The notes under the pieces: model-generated
What the model was told of the DNA's origin: nothing
The model's database searches: none
Seen by the model: only the letters and a program-made list of their open reading frames with translations
NCBI GenBank assembly: GCA_964576615.1
Contig: CAZNUU010000006.1
Coordinates: 1-48,083, forward strand
Source: an uncultured Candidatus Saccharibacteria bacterium
GTDB taxonomy: Bacteria; Patescibacteriota; Minisyncoccia; Phycocordibacterales; DATDWN01
Reading direction: 5' to 3'
DNA length: 48,083 nucleotides
Part shown: piece by piece, positions 47,263-48,083 of the stretch
Position numbering within the stretch: the first letter of the stretch is position 1
Layout of the letters: every line of letters starts with the position of its first letter
Program-made: the position numbers and the translations under genes

Positions 47263-47748
47263 ATGGGACTGATGTACTTGTTTCTCGCATGGGCGGCGTT
47301 GTTCATCGTTGTGGGAGTCTGGAGGAGAATTATGTCTCTCACAGTCTGTGGCGTGGCCCTCCTTCTCATCATCGGTGGTGGCAAGGCCTGGAAGGCGATG
47401 GCCGCCTCGAACGCAACATTCGCCGCGGCTCACGCCGGGCACGAGCAGATTCACGCCGAGTTCGCCAAGGTTCTCGGGACAGTCGAGCCCGGCGACCTGC
47501 TCATCTGGGATGACCAGGTCTACGTGTATCAGTACTCCGATTTCCGTTCGGGAGACGAAAGCGTTCTCCGCTACAGGCCACCGAATGCGTTGACAGCTGG
47601 TGGCGAGGCAGATGGCATGAAGCTCAAGTTCTTGGCCGAGCGTCATGTCAGGGTGGTGAAGGCGGGTACGCCCGAATACAACCAAGAACTCGGCACCTAC
47701 TTCACTCGTATCACCGGCCGCAACCGAGCTGCATCGTCGGCAAGGTAG
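47263..47748 (+). CDS. GC-rich hypothetical membrane protein
   Basis: Two N-terminal hydrophobic segments, GC-biased codons, flanking promoter and terminator; alternative in-frame start ATG 47332 after GGAGGAG. Confidence 0.8.
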   Translation: MGLMYLFLAWAALFIVVGVWRRIMSLTVCGVALLLIIGGGKAWKAMAASNATFAAAHAGHEQIHAEFAKVLGTVEPGDLLIWDDQVYVYQYSDFRSGDESVLRYRPPNALTAGGEADGMKLKFLAERHVRVVKAGTPEYNQELGTYFTRITGRNRAASSAR

Positions 47749-47756
47749 TTCCCTAC

Positions 47757-47792
47757 GTGGCTCGCATCCAACAGATGCGGGCCACTTCGTTT
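47757..47792 (+). terminator. Intrinsic terminator
   Basis: GTGGCTCGCATC-CAACA-GATGCGGGCCAC then TTCGTTT. Confidence 0.8.
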
Positions 47793-47808
47793 ATGCTAAT
47801 ATCTTTAT

Positions 47809-48083
47809 ATGAAAATTTTCTCTTGGAATGTAAATGGTATTAGAGCAGTCCATAAAAAAGGTTTACTTTTGCCTTTTGTTGAAAAATACAAGCCAGATAT
47901 TATTTGTTTCCAAGAAACTAAAGCTGAAAAACATCAAAGTGAAGTGGATTTGAAAGATTATGAGGAACATTGGAACTCGGCAGTACGCAAAGGTTATAGT
48001 GGAACGGCAATTTTTACCAAAGAAAAACCCATTTCAGTAGCAATGGATTTGCCTGAGGATTTATGTAAAAAAGGTTCTCTTTC
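47809..48083 (+). CDS. xth: Exodeoxyribonuclease III (partial, runs off the window)
   Basis: MKIFSWNVNGIRA...PDIICFQETK...KGYSGTAIF. Confidence 0.95.
   Translation, partial: MKIFSWNVNGIRAVHKKGLLLPFVEKYKPDIICFQETKAEKHQSEVDLKDYEEHWNSAVRKGYSGTAIFTKEKPISVAMDLPEDLCKKGSL

Noticed and set aside
45512-47792. Integron or prophage around the tyrosine recombinase
   Set aside because: The protein is a host-GC XerC/D type without an evident IntI insertion; no attC repeats or phage structural genes are seen.

Overview
Origin-of-replication region of a low-GC bacterium, most likely Parcubacteria (Patescibacteria/CPR), inferred from gene content; genetic code 11. Left to right: (1) the 5' part of a giant (>2,077 aa) minus-strand protein, missed by the ORF track, with an N-terminal HTH, a TM segment and Thr/Ser/Gly-rich repeats, next to two stand-alone HTH genes; (2) housekeeping genes gatB, obg, tyrS, PBP1A, a DciA-like gene, dnaN, oriC, dnaA, rpmH, rnpA and yidC; (3) an 11-gene T4SS-like cluster (VirB4-like ATPase, PrgI, VirB6-like, pilin fused to a putative Zn-peptidase); (4) UbiA-like, rsmA, uvrD/pcrA, CPBP, LysM-M23, comM, DksA/TraR-like, NYN, rpsO and a TrmB-like regulator; (5) a GC-richer island (about 42.4-45.4 kb) that is mostly non-coding and highly structured; (6) a Xer recombinase, two GC-rich genes and the start of xth. 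The island is the main result. A near-consensus sigma70 promoter precedes a ~1.25 kb ornate RNA whose ends can base-pair, whose 3' half resembles GOLLD RNA (recognised from memory, needs a covariance-model search), and which contains a complete type III hammerhead ribozyme (43390-43438). It is followed by a small collagen-like membrane protein and a second, pseudoknotted structured region. All structures were read by eye; no searches were run.
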